A stretch of DNA of 62,127 nt, the filler included. It is 6 parts of 6 records of this genome, joined end to end, with 100 filler letters (N's around TTAATTAATTAA, not from the genome) between each part and the next. Parts side by side here need not be neighbours in the genome. Positions count along the whole stretch, not along the records: positions 1 to 8,002 come from SRR31156797_19008; positions 8,103 to 25,992 come from SRR31156797_19018; 4 more parts are not named here. One strand, 5' to 3'. The notes beneath the pieces were generated by a model. The model ran no database searches and had not been told where the DNA came from. It saw only the letters and a program-made list of their open reading frames with translations. Below are positions 1 to 8,346 of the stretch, in pieces (positions within the stretch are counted from its first letter, which is position 1; the number at the start of each line of letters is the position of its first letter). The translations under genes and the position numbers were made by a program.

Positions 1-535
1 GGCAGAGTTATCAAAGATTAAACAGGCAAAACAAGCAGTAGTTGATGACATTCAGGACAAAATGGACAGAGCACAATCAATTGTATTGATTAACTACATT
101 GGTCTAAATGTAGAAGAAGTAACTAATCTACGTAATAAGTTTCGTGAAGCTAATGTAGAGTACAAAGTGCTAAAGAACACTATGATTAAGCGTGCAGCTG
201 ATAATCTGGAGATTTCTGGTTTGGATGATTTCCTAAAAGGCACTACCGCAATGGCATTCTCATATGACGATCCTACTGTTGGTCCAAAGATTATCAAGGA
301 CTTTATCAAAAAGGAAGAGAAAACTGAGATTAAGTGCGGTATCCTAGGCAAAGATTTCATTGACTGCAAACAGGTTGAAGCATTGGCAAAGGTACCAAAC
401 AAAGAAGTACTGCTTGCTATGATGCTAAGCGTGCTAAACGGACCTATCCGTGGCTTGGCTACAGCACTAAACGGTGTACCACGCTCATTGGCATGTGCTC
501 TTAATGCAGTTAAAGAGCAAAAAGAAGGGGCATAA
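1..535 (+). CDS. rplJ: 50S ribosomal protein L10 (start codon cut by window edge)
   Basis: Frame is open from nt 2 (AELSKIKQAKQAVVDDIQDKMDRA...). L10 motifs GLNVEEVTNLRNK, YKVLKNT, LKGTTA. Lies directly upstream of rplL. Confidence 0.97.
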   Translation, partial: AELSKIKQAKQAVVDDIQDKMDRAQSIVLINYIGLNVEEVTNLRNKFREANVEYKVLKNTMIKRAADNLEISGLDDFLKGTTAMAFSYDDPTVGPKIIKDFIKKEEKTEIKCGILGKDFIDCKQVEALAKVPNKEVLLAMMLSVLNGPIRGLATALNGVPRSLACALNAVKEQKEGA

Positions 536-591
536 TGTAACCCTATAATTACATTAATAAATTATAAATTAAAATTTCGGAGGATAATAAA

Positions 592-975
592 ATGGCATTA
601 ACAAAAGACCAAATGATAGAAGCAATCAAAGAGATGAACGTAATGGAACTAAGCGAACTAGTTAAAGAAATCGAAGAAGTATTCGGCGTATCAGCAGCAG
701 CTCCAGTAGCAGTAGCAGCAGCAGGTGCAGCTCCAGCAGCAGGCGGAGAAGCAGCAGAAGAAAAGACAGAATTTGACGTAGTAATAGCTGAAGTTGGCGG
801 CGAAAAGATTAAGGTAATCAAAGCTGTTCGTGAAGCAACTGGCTTAGGTCTGAAGGAAGCTAAAGCTCTAGTAGACGGCGCTCCTGGAAAGATTAAGGAA
901 GGCATTGCAAAAGACGAAGCTGAAGCACTAAAAGCTAAGCTAGAAGAAGTTGGCGCTAAAGTAGAAGTTAAGTAA
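592..975 (+). CDS. rplL: 50S ribosomal protein L7/L12
   Basis: [19 protein letters not shown] hinge, [36 protein letters not shown] upstream. Confidence 0.99.
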   Translation: MALTKDQMIEAIKEMNVMELSELVKEIEEVFGVSAAAPVAVAAAGAAPAAGGEAAEEKTEFDVVIAEVGGEKIKVIKAVREATGLGLKEAKALVDGAPGKIKEGIAKDEAEALKAKLEEVGAKVEVK

Positions 976-1005
976 TAGTATTATTACTTATTAAATTAAA
1001 CAATG

Positions 1006-1036
1006 AACCATCATCCAGTTGGGTGATGGTTTTTTT
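1006..1036 (+). terminator. Rho-independent terminator after rplL
   Basis: AACCATCATCC-AGTT-GGGTGATGGTT stem followed by a T run. Confidence 0.85.
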
Positions 1037-1154
1037 GTTGTAAATTTTTAAATTGTTTTAATAATCATATCTAAATACCAATAAAATGCACAAATATATA
1101 AAAAACTAAAGGGGAAGAATAATTTCATAATGAAAAATTAAAAGGAGCCTAATT

Positions 1155-1409
1155 ATGAAAAAGCACAATAAAGACGACAGAAGCGATAATGTGGAAAGAA
1201 TACAAAAAAATATCAATTATACAATAGAAAATATGAGAAAAGCCGATGAAATGATAGACAAGACATCTGATGAAAAGCTAAAGGCTATGCTTGAGGAAAA
1301 AAACGGCAGGCGTCGTGCAGCACTGCGAGGAATGCGTAGTGAAATAAAGGACGAAGCTTTGGACAGAGAAAAGGCATTTCAAGATGATGAACGTAATGGA
1401 TTGATATAG
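1155..1409 (+). CDS. tlp: Small acid-soluble spore protein Tlp
   Basis: DDRSDNVERIQKNINYTIEN...KNGRRRAALRGMRSEIKDEA matches the Tlp family pattern; AAGGAG RBS. Confidence 0.9.
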   Translation: MKKHNKDDRSDNVERIQKNINYTIENMRKADEMIDKTSDEKLKAMLEEKNGRRRAALRGMRSEIKDEALDREKAFQDDERNGLI

Positions 1410-1476
1410 TGGAAGTTGTTAACTGTATACCTGCTAAAACAATATAACTTATTATTTCAATCAGTTGTTTTTCTAC

Positions 1477-1509
1477 CAAAATAATGGCGCACCAAATATA
1501 AGTGCGCCA
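1477..1509 (-). terminator. Terminator of the PadR/DUF1700/DUF4097/peptide operon
   Basis: TGGCGCAC-N9-GTGCGCCA hairpin followed by TTATTTT on the minus strand. Confidence 0.75.
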
Positions 1510-1539
1510 AGTAAATTACTATTTAATTGTATTGTTCTT

Positions 1540-1620
1540 TCAGCTGGCGAACCCTCTGAATGATACCAGCTTATGAAAGAAGTTCGCAATCGATTTAAAT
1601 GCCTTAAATAAACCTACCAT
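1540..1620 (-). CDS. Unannotated 26-aa amphipathic cationic peptide MVGLFKAFKSIANFFHKLVSFRGFAS
   Basis: AAGGGGG RBS 8 nt before ATG. Starts 30 nt after the DUF4097 stop and ends just before the terminator hairpin. Confidence 0.6.
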   Translation of the reverse strand: MVGLFKAFKSIANFFHKLVSFRGFAS

Positions 1621-1650
1621 TATTACTACCCCCTTAATAATGTTATAGAA

Positions 1651-2544
1651 TTATCTTATGGTTAAGTCGCCTGATGTAGTATCTACATTTACTTTGATAC
1701 CGCTTGAGTTGGTGCTGTAGCTGCCATCCACATCACCGCTTACTGAATCAAAGTCAAGGTCTATGTCGCCATCCTGAATGAAATCCAGCTCCACATCACT
1801 GCTGACGGTATCAATATCTGTTGGACATGGATATGCGTATTCTATCTCAATCCTGCCTGATGTTGAATTAGCCTTTACCTTGGAAGCACCTTCAGCAATT
1901 TCTTCTAGTCTCAGGTTACCGCTGACTGAGTCAAAATCCAATGAGTTGTTAACAACAGTATCAACTATTATTTTGCCTGATGTTGTATCAACCTTCAGGT
2001 CGTATATGCTTTTGACACTAGCTGTAACATTACCGGATACTGTATCTAAAGATAGTCTATATAATTCATTGTTTAAGCTGGTTGCATTGACTGCGCTGGA
2101 TACACCGTTTATGATTAGTTCGCCGCCAAAACTTTCCGGAATGCCAAGGCTTAGGTGTGATTCCATAAACCAGACATTGCCGAATTGTGGATACTTAACA
2201 TAGATGTAGAGCATAGTATCTGTTTCTTCAACAATCAATTTTACACCGGAATTAACAGCTCTGCCATTGCCTGAAAATACTACATCTACTGTTTCTGCAG
2301 AATTGTATAGATTAACTTCAGATGTAACAACACTGACTTTGATTGTTTCTATACCGTCTAAGTTATAGCTTTCGTCAAAATCCAGATTGAATTCTTTGCT
2401 GCCCATTGAGCCAAAGCTAAAGATGCTATCTGAATCAATATTTCCCCTAAAAAATAGTCCTATCAGAACTGCTGCTATAGTACCGAATACTATAAATACA
2501 CCTAAACTTATTAATGCTGTTATACCAATTACTTTTTTATTCAT
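1651..2544 (-). CDS. DUF4097 (adhesin-like/toastrack) beta-repeat membrane-anchored protein
   Basis: N-terminal TM helix; repeated D/N-T/S-V/T-S-G motifs (DTVSGN, DTTSGK, DSVSGN, NSTSGR, DSVSGD, DTTSGD). Likely start MNKKV after GAGGG. Confidence 0.85.
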   Translation of the reverse strand: MNKKVIGITALISLGVFIVFGTIAAVLIGLFFRGNIDSDSIFSFGSMGSKEFNLDFDESYNLDGIETIKVSVVTSEVNLYNSAETVDVVFSGNGRAVNSGVKLIVEETDTMLYIYVKYPQFGNVWFMESHLSLGIPESFGGELIINGVSSAVNATSLNNELYRLSLDTVSGNVTASVKSIYDLKVDTTSGKIIVDTVVNNSLDFDSVSGNLRLEEIAEGASKVKANSTSGRIEIEYAYPCPTDIDTVSSDVELDFIQDGDIDLDFDSVSGDVDGSYSTNSSGIKVNVDTTSGDLTIR

Positions 2545-2560
2545 TATACACCCTCTTTCA

Positions 2561-3088
2561 TTATTTACCAGAAAATACATTTACATGTATTTTACCATAC
2601 CATTTTATTACCAGCCAGAAATATTTTGATACATATATCATACCGATACCAGATAGTACTGTTAAACCCAATAGTGCTATACCGCCAGAGAGACCAATAT
2701 ACCATGTCTCTATTATAAATATTCCGCTGAATATTGCTGCAATGCCTCCTACTAGCAATGATACTACTACTGACCATAGACTAATCCATACTGAAAATAG
2801 TGTTGCAACCAGTGCAATGCCTATTATAAGATCAAAGAAAACCAAACCGATACCAGCCATAACCCTTGAGCCTGGTGATACTTTTGATGCCCATGTTGAC
2901 TGCTCTGAACTGTAACCATATTCCTCTGCTATTTCTATTGGTGAGCCTAAGGCTTCAACTATTTCTTCCTCAGTTTTTCCATCAGCTAATCCAGTAGCGA
3001 AGTGCTCCTCAAAATCAATAAGGATTTCATTTACTTCGTTTGCTGGTATTAGGCTTCTCAAACTTGCCATAAACTGTCTCTTATTCAT
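2561..3088 (-). CDS. DUF1700/HAAS-domain membrane protein
   Basis: MNKRQFMASLRSL...EILIDFEEHFATGLADGKTEEEIVEALGSPIEIA followed by TM helices. Confidence 0.9.
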   Translation of the reverse strand: MNKRQFMASLRSLIPANEVNEILIDFEEHFATGLADGKTEEEIVEALGSPIEIAEEYGYSSEQSTWASKVSPGSRVMAGIGLVFFDLIIGIALVATLFSVWISLWSVVVSLLVGGIAAIFSGIFIIETWYIGLSGGIALLGLTVLSGIGMIYVSKYFWLVIKWYGKIHVNVFSGK

Positions 3089-3404
3089 TTGCAAACCCTC
3101 CTGACACGATTTTATCTACACCTGTTTTTAGTGTGCCCCAATCCTCACATAGTTCTACTCGCTTTTGTTCACCTGTAGTTGTAAGTGTATAGTACTTCCT
3201 AGGCGGACCTTCGTTTGACTCCTTTAAATACGTATCAACGTAATCATCGGTTTTTAGTCTGCGAAGCACCGGATATATTCCGCCATCGGAGATATTGATC
3301 TCTCTGGATAGTACACTGGATAGCTCATATCCATACATATCATCCGCCATCAACATAGAAAGTACACACAATTCAATTACACCCTTCTTAAATTGTATAT
3401 TCAT
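3081..3404 (-). CDS. PadR-family transcriptional regulator
   Basis: QFKKGVIELCVL, MYGYEL, GGIYPVLRRL, GPPRKYYTLT; overlaps the DUF1700 start. Confidence 0.95.
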   Translation of the reverse strand: MNIQFKKGVIELCVLSMLMADDMYGYELSSVLSREINISDGGIYPVLRRLKTDDYVDTYLKESNEGPPRKYYTLTTTGEQKRVELCEDWGTLKTGVDKIVSGGFANE

Positions 3405-3418
3405 AACGCCCTCCTTTG

Positions 3419-3477
3419 CTATTGTTTTACCAACAATAGTGATTATACAATACTACTAATTTAAAGTCAATAGTATT
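3419..3477 (-). promoter_or_regulatory. sigmaA promoter (TTGACT-N17-TATAAT) with two palindromic putative PadR operators
   Basis: -35 at 3470-3465 and -10 at 3447-3442. Inverted repeats CTATTGTT-N5-AACAATAG (3419-3439) and AATACTA...TAGTATT (3449-3477). Confidence 0.7.
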
Positions 3478-3591
3478 CTCAAAATAATATTGTTTATCAA
3501 ATATTAGCTTGGATATTTAATTAGGGTAATAAAAAGCACGTAAACTGAATATATATTACTAGGACAAAGCTACAAAAAACGTGAGGCATAT

Positions 3592-4275
3592 ATGAAAGAT
3601 AAAAACAAAATAAATTTAGAAAATATAAAGACAAAGAATATGTCCAATTATGCAAGGAAGAGCTATATCAAAAAGAGGGAAATAAAACCTGAAATTAAAC
3701 CTCCCAAAAAGGAGATAAATCCATTTATTCATAGAGTTATAACAAAGAGTGTAATAAGCATTGCTGTCTGTATAAGTGTTCTTGCTATTTCAACAATAGA
3801 TAATGAAATCTTTAATGAAGCTGAAAAAGGAATTAATTATTTAATAAATCACGAAACAGACTTTGAAGAAACATTTTCAGTTTTTAGTGGATTAAGAGAA
3901 GCTATACCTGTAGTTTCTGACACTCATGTGGAATTTAGCGCTCCCACAAATGGTACTATATTGTCTGATTTACGGGATGAAGATGCTGCTGTGGTAGGTA
4001 AACTATATTCAGCTCCTGATGGATACTGCTATGCAGCAGGTGACGGTGTTGTTTTTTATGTAGATAAAGCCAGTATAGACTGTCCATACATCAGGCTGCG
4101 TCATGAGGGAGGATATGACACAGTTTATATGGGAATAGTATCTCAAGTAGATGTAGGTGATTCTGTAAAAAGGCAGCAGATACTAGGCGAATGTATTGGA
4201 GATAATCTTGGATTTATTTTGATGCAGAATTCTCAGTACATTGACAGCGATAATTATATAGAAACATTTGAGTAA
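3592..4275 (+). CDS. spoIVFA: SpoIVFA-like protein (TM + degenerate M23 domain)
   Basis: Basic N-terminus, one TM helix, M23-like AAGDGVV...IRLRHEGGYDTVY...VGDSVKRQQILG; abuts spoIVFB. Confidence 0.7.
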   Translation: MKDKNKINLENIKTKNMSNYARKSYIKKREIKPEIKPPKKEINPFIHRVITKSVISIAVCISVLAISTIDNEIFNEAEKGINYLINHETDFEETFSVFSGLREAIPVVSDTHVEFSAPTNGTILSDLRDEDAAVVGKLYSAPDGYCYAAGDGVVFYVDKASIDCPYIRLRHEGGYDTVYMGIVSQVDVGDSVKRQQILGECIGDNLGFILMQNSQYIDSDNYIETFE

Positions 4276-5154
4276 ATGGATGGAGTTTCAATAAAGCAGG
4301 AGCAATTTCCAAAGATAAAGGTATCTCCATATGTATTAATAACTGTTTTGGCAAGCTATTTAATTGGAAAAATGCCATTACTATTAATCGGTCTATTCTC
4401 TATTATAATTCACGAATCAGCCCATGCTGTATGTGCAGTACTCTGCGGATTCACCATAAGCAAAATTGAAATACTGCCAATTGGTGCAGTAGCAAGAATT
4501 GAAGGATTGTTTGAGAGCAGCGGACTGTGTGAGATTGCAACTGCTCTGGCAGGACCAATAATGTCCATTTTGTTAGCCTGTATAGGATATTGTTTGTATT
4601 ACTATAATCAGACTGATTTTTTTTACCTCATTATGACTGTAAATATATCAATCGCATCTGTCAATCTGCTTCCTGCTCTGCCCCTTGATGGAGGCAGGGT
4701 ATTTCGTGCAATATTATCATCATATGTTGGAATTCAGAAGGCTACTGTAATCAGCTGTATTATTGGAATTAATGCTGGTATTTTGATATGTCTTGCATCC
4801 CTTGGACTTAGTCTGATGGGATTGATTTCTCCGGCCTTTATCCTGCTGGGAATAGTAATGTCTATATCCTCATACAAAGAGAAGCAAAGGGCAGCATTTC
4901 TCCACATTGCACAGATGATGATGAAAAAGGAGAGATTACTAAGGCAGGGAAGCATGAAAATCAATCAAATAGCTGTACCTGAAACTATCAAGCTATATAA
5001 TTTGGTATCTAGATTTCTGCCAAGAGCATATCATATGGTGGTGGTAGTAGACAGCGAAATGTGTCCTATCGGATATATTTCCGAAGGCGATGTAGTAAAA
5101 ATGCTTATGGAATTTGGTGCACATGAGGAAATAGGACATCTGATAAAGAGGTAA
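4276..5154 (+). CDS. spoIVFB: SpoIVFB M50 intramembrane metalloprotease (pro-sigmaK processing)
   Basis: HESAH (HExxH), ALAGP, NLLPALPLDGGR, C-terminal CBS-like region. Confidence 0.88.
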   Translation: MDGVSIKQEQFPKIKVSPYVLITVLASYLIGKMPLLLIGLFSIIIHESAHAVCAVLCGFTISKIEILPIGAVARIEGLFESSGLCEIATALAGPIMSILLACIGYCLYYYNQTDFFYLIMTVNISIASVNLLPALPLDGGRVFRAILSSYVGIQKATVISCIIGINAGILICLASLGLSLMGLISPAFILLGIVMSISSYKEKQRAAFLHIAQMMMKKERLLRQGSMKINQIAVPETIKLYNLVSRFLPRAYHMVVVVDSEMCPIGYISEGDVVKMLMEFGAHEEIGHLIKR

Positions 5155-5160
5155 TAATTA

Positions 5161-5850
5161 TTATCTTCCTACAGATATAATTTCCTTTTCAGGCCAAAGC
5201 ACAGCACTTAGTATGCCTGTCCTAAAGCATCCGGTATCAATATCTATGGTTTTGTTTACCCATTTGGGAGTATCTATTATCTGGTGACCATACACAACGT
5301 ATCGCCTGCCTGTGTATGTACTGCCCCAGTCTATTCTCTCTGGAAAGCCGTCAATAAATTTACCTGTTGTAACTCCATACAAAGCCCGAGACCTTGCTTT
5401 ATCGCTGCTTTTTTTCTGTAATTCCTCTGGTGCTGCCCCATGAACAATGTAGAGACTGTCATCATCTAGTGACAAATAATATGGCAGAGAGCTGAGGAAG
5501 TCCTTTACCTTATCCACAAAATCACTATCCTCTTTATATATTTTTTCCATAGTGATTTTAAGCTCGTCATTTATTTTTATATTATTTCCTTTTATGCCCC
5601 GATACAGTTTATAATCATGATTGCCAATTACCATTTGAGCTTTGCCGCTATGTACCATATTCATAACCAGCTTTAATACTTCGACAGGCTTGTCGCCTCT
5701 GTCTATTAAGTCACCTACAAATATTATCTGCCTGTCTATTTCATTTTGGGGTTTACAGTCGCTGACCTTCAGTCCTAGTCTGTCTAGAAGCTCAATTAGT
5801 TTATCATAATTGTCGTGAATATCACCTATAATTGCGTATTTGTTGTCCAT
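5161..5850 (-). CDS. Metallophosphoesterase, PrpE/ApaH-like (resembles the Pnkp phosphatase domain)
   Basis: GDIH, GDLIDRG, GNHD, VHG, YGH, DTGC motifs plus ALYG.TTG...GFPER.DW. Confidence 0.88.
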   Translation of the reverse strand: MDNKYAIIGDIHDNYDKLIELLDRLGLKVSDCKPQNEIDRQIIFVGDLIDRGDKPVEVLKLVMNMVHSGKAQMVIGNHDYKLYRGIKGNNIKINDELKITMEKIYKEDSDFVDKVKDFLSSLPYYLSLDDDSLYIVHGAAPEELQKKSSDKARSRALYGVTTGKFIDGFPERIDWGSTYTGRRYVVYGHQIIDTPKWVNKTIDIDTGCFRTGILSAVLWPEKEIISVGR

Positions 5851-5875
5851 CTATATATCCTTAGTTTGATATTAT

Positions 5876-6631
5876 CTACAATAGTTTAAAAAGCAATAAG
5901 TATAGCGTTATTACCCATAATATGCTGTAGAATGTTCCTACTAAATAGTATTCTGCAAATTCTTTATTTTCTGCAATGTTTTTGTATCTTGCAAGGGATT
6001 TGCCTGTAATAACCAATCCAATTGCAGTAAATTGATCAACTAATAGAAAGCCAATTATCAGAATCCTCTCCATACAGCCAATTATTGCTCCTGTGTTCTC
6101 ATACCCATTTGAAATACTATCTTCATATGGGCTTATGTTTTCAAATAATACTTTGAAAGAGATATTAGCAGGTCGTAGAACCAATAGTATATATAATATA
6201 AATTTCAGAATATTTTTTTGAGAATATGGTGTATAGCTTATTAGATTTGATAATGAAGGAAGTAAGCTGATATCAGAAAATTTATCTAGATACAGAGTGC
6301 ATATGATGATATTTGCTGTCAGATGCAGTAATTGGTCTGTCAGAAATATTATTTGATTTTTGCATCTATATTTATCAAGCTTTTTTGCTTTTAGTGCAGT
6401 ATATTTGAAGCTGTCAATGATAAAATGGGATATAAAGGAACTTAGGGCATAGAACACAACTGGTCCTTGACAGTCAAATAGCAGTAGAAGGAAAAAGGGA
6501 ACTATATATATTATGCTGTGAATACATACAGTTATATAGCTGTCTTTTTTCTTCTCTGCAACATTATTACTCTGAAAATAAAAATCTCCGATTATATGGA
6601 TAATAAAAAAAGAAATAAATATTTTACTCAT
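5876..6631 (-). CDS. DUF3307 membrane protein (putative metal-binding hydrolase)
   Basis: HIIGDFYFQ, IHSIIY, SHFIID, DQLLH, GAIIGCMER, KSLARY, EYYLVGT; start overlaps the SatD stop. Confidence 0.85.
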   Translation of the reverse strand: MSKIFISFFIIHIIGDFYFQSNNVAEKKKDSYITVCIHSIIYIVPFFLLLLFDCQGPVVFYALSSFISHFIIDSFKYTALKAKKLDKYRCKNQIIFLTDQLLHLTANIIICTLYLDKFSDISLLPSLSNLISYTPYSQKNILKFILYILLVLRPANISFKVLFENISPYEDSISNGYENTGAIIGCMERILIIGFLLVDQFTAIGLVITGKSLARYKNIAENKEFAEYYLVGTFYSILWVITLYLLLFKLL

Positions 6632-7328
6632 TTATAAACTCCCACATTTGGTTAATATGCTGCTGTGATACGTTGATACAGTGATGATATGTATAGTACC
6701 CTGAGGCTTCTAGTCTGCGGTATACATTTGACTGGGTAATTTTCAGATTCTCACTAATTGCTTTTTGGGTAAAGCCTTTTTCCTTTAATGTTATTGTTTC
6801 TCTTTGTTTATCGCTCCATTTACCCTTGATGAATGCTGTTGCTGATAAATTTGAATTTATTAAATTCATAAGAGTATCAATGTATTTATAATCATATCTT
6901 TTGTAAATTTTGTCATTTTTATTAAAGGAATAGTTTAATACAACTTTTTTTATGGGCTGTTCTTTGCTCTTTTCAGATTTTCGTATAGAGTTTATTGCAT
7001 ATCTTGCATTATAATATGCAGGCCCGTCTGCTCCGATTGATACATTATGGGGAATATGAGTAGTGATTTCCCCAAAACCTATGCCAAATCGAGCTTCCAC
7101 AGGATACACACAGTCCTGAATACGAGAAATGATTTTCAATATTTTTTTAGGTGTCTTAAGTAGAACCTGAAATTCATCTCCTAATGTTATTGTCAGATTG
7201 GATTTAATATCATAGGAATGTGATGAATTTATTTCTTTGAATAATTCATTCAAATTCTGTTGAACTTGGTTTCGGTCTTTAATCTTCTTTGAATTTATTA
7301 AATCTCCGATAATTGCACAATACATCAT
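6624..7328 (-). CDS. SatD-family protein (nucleotide-cyclase-like fold + C-terminal HTH)
   Basis: IIGDLINSK, TLGDEFQ, RFGIGFG, DGPAYYNAR, then HTH TQKAISENLKITQSNVYRRL. Confidence 0.88.
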   Translation of the reverse strand: MMYCAIIGDLINSKKIKDRNQVQQNLNELFKEINSSHSYDIKSNLTITLGDEFQVLLKTPKKILKIISRIQDCVYPVEARFGIGFGEITTHIPHNVSIGADGPAYYNARYAINSIRKSEKSKEQPIKKVVLNYSFNKNDKIYKRYDYKYIDTLMNLINSNLSATAFIKGKWSDKQRETITLKEKGFTQKAISENLKITQSNVYRRLEASGYYTYHHCINVSQQHINQMWEFINE

Positions 7329-7344
7329 AAAAACTCCTGTTTAG

Positions 7345-7456
7345 AGTATATACCATTTATTGGTATATGTCAATATATTATGCAGTCATAATATCATATT
7401 ACATAATTATGCGGTTATAATATGATTTTATTGTAATATGTCATTAAAGGTATATA
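7345..7456 (-). promoter_or_regulatory. sigmaA promoter TTGACA-N17-TATACT with palindromic operator and upstream 29-bp periodic repeats
   Basis: -35 at 7373-7368 and -10 at 7350-7345. ATATACCA-TTTAT-TGGTATAT fills the spacer; related elements at 7377, 7406, 7435. Confidence 0.7.
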
Positions 7457-7529
7457 ATTTGGTGTATTAATTAGTTGAATAGTGTAAATTTGCTATAAAT
7501 GCTTTATTGAGCTATGCAAATAGATTATA

Positions 7530-7688
7530 TCATTCAGACTTTTCTGGATTTTTTCTTACTTTTTTTGGTGGCGGTGGATTGTATGCTGGCGGCTTTATCT
7601 TTTTTCTGGGTACAGTGATAGTTTCTTTATCTTCACTTATATTTGAGTTTATAATTCTCTTTATCCTTTTTTTAATCTTTAAATGCAT
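7530..7688 (-). CDS. Small basic Pro-rich hypothetical protein (52 aa)
   Basis: MHLKIKKRIKRIINSNISEDKETITVPRKKIKPPAYNPPPPKKVRKNPEKSE; ATG preceded by AGGATAAAGGT. Confidence 0.45.
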   Translation of the reverse strand: MHLKIKKRIKRIINSNISEDKETITVPRKKIKPPAYNPPPPKKVRKNPEKSE

Positions 7689-7934
7689 ACCTTTATCCTA
7701 TTTGTTGTAATTGTTTATATACATTTTATACTAATTGTTCAGATATTTCAAATATAGGTTGTTATTATTAAGGCTCTGTTTCCAAACCTTCGCTTAAGGA
7801 AATAATCCCTAAAACATGGTACCAGATAGTATCCCATAGTGGTTTATACGTCCTAGGAATGCGATGGTAAAAGCTGCAAATTGCAATTAGTTGTACTAAA
7901 TAGCTTGGATATATTATAAACGACTTGAATACAT

Positions 7935-8002
7935 AGCACGTGTCAGAGAGTTCTGCGGCACACCTAGAGATCCGCTTAATGCTGCTTCCTTCCGGACCTG
8001 AC
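7935..8002 (-). ncRNA. ffs: SRP RNA, 3' portion (cut by contig end)
   Basis: Minus strand reads GTCAGGTCCGGAAGGAAGCAGCATTAAGCGG...GTGTGCCGC, the conserved helix-8 core. The 3' boundary is approximate. Confidence 0.9.
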
Positions 8003-8102
8003 NNNNNNNNNNNNNNNNNNNNNNNNNNNNNNNNNNNNNNNNNNNNTTAATTAATTAANNNNNNNNNNNNNNNNNNNNNNNNNNNNNNNNNNNNNNNNNN
8101 NN
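8003..8102. other. Artificial contig spacer
   Basis: N44-TTAATTAATTAA-N44 (stops in all six frames). Confidence 0.99.
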
Positions 8103-8210
8103 CATCAGGGTTGGATCGTTTTTAACCACCATTGGTGCAGAAGACACAATCTGGTGTTGTTTTGATTCAAAAAACGACCAAAAGCTTTTTCTTACCTCAG
8201 AAGCATTCAT
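8103..8210 (-). CDS. alaS: Alanyl-tRNA synthetase, N-terminal fragment
   Basis: [36 protein letters not shown] matches the AlaRS N-terminus; not in the ORF track. Confidence 0.92.
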
Positions 8211-8346
8211 AATATTATTGTAAAAATTATTGTTTTAATTTTAAGATTTCCACTAAATTTGGAAGTTGCAAAGGTAGATTATTTCGCTAATTTTGCAGCT
8301 ATTATCATTAAAAATCCTTGATAAGAATATTAATCTTCTTTTCTGC

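Noticed and set aside
94-2915. Opposite-strand ORFs over rplJ, rplL, DUF4097 and DUF1700
   Set aside because: Shadows of confidently identified genes.
7345-7456. Periodic repeats as a mini CRISPR array
   Set aside because: Units are degenerate, the 29-bp period leaves no room for spacers, and they overlap a promoter.
7507-7710. 67-aa plus-strand Phe-rich ORF
   Set aside because: Likely the antisense shadow of a Lys-rich minus-strand ORF; TTG start with no RBS.
8047-8058. TTAATTAATTAA repeated five times in the window
   Set aside because: Artificial six-frame-stop linker inside N padding; not biological.
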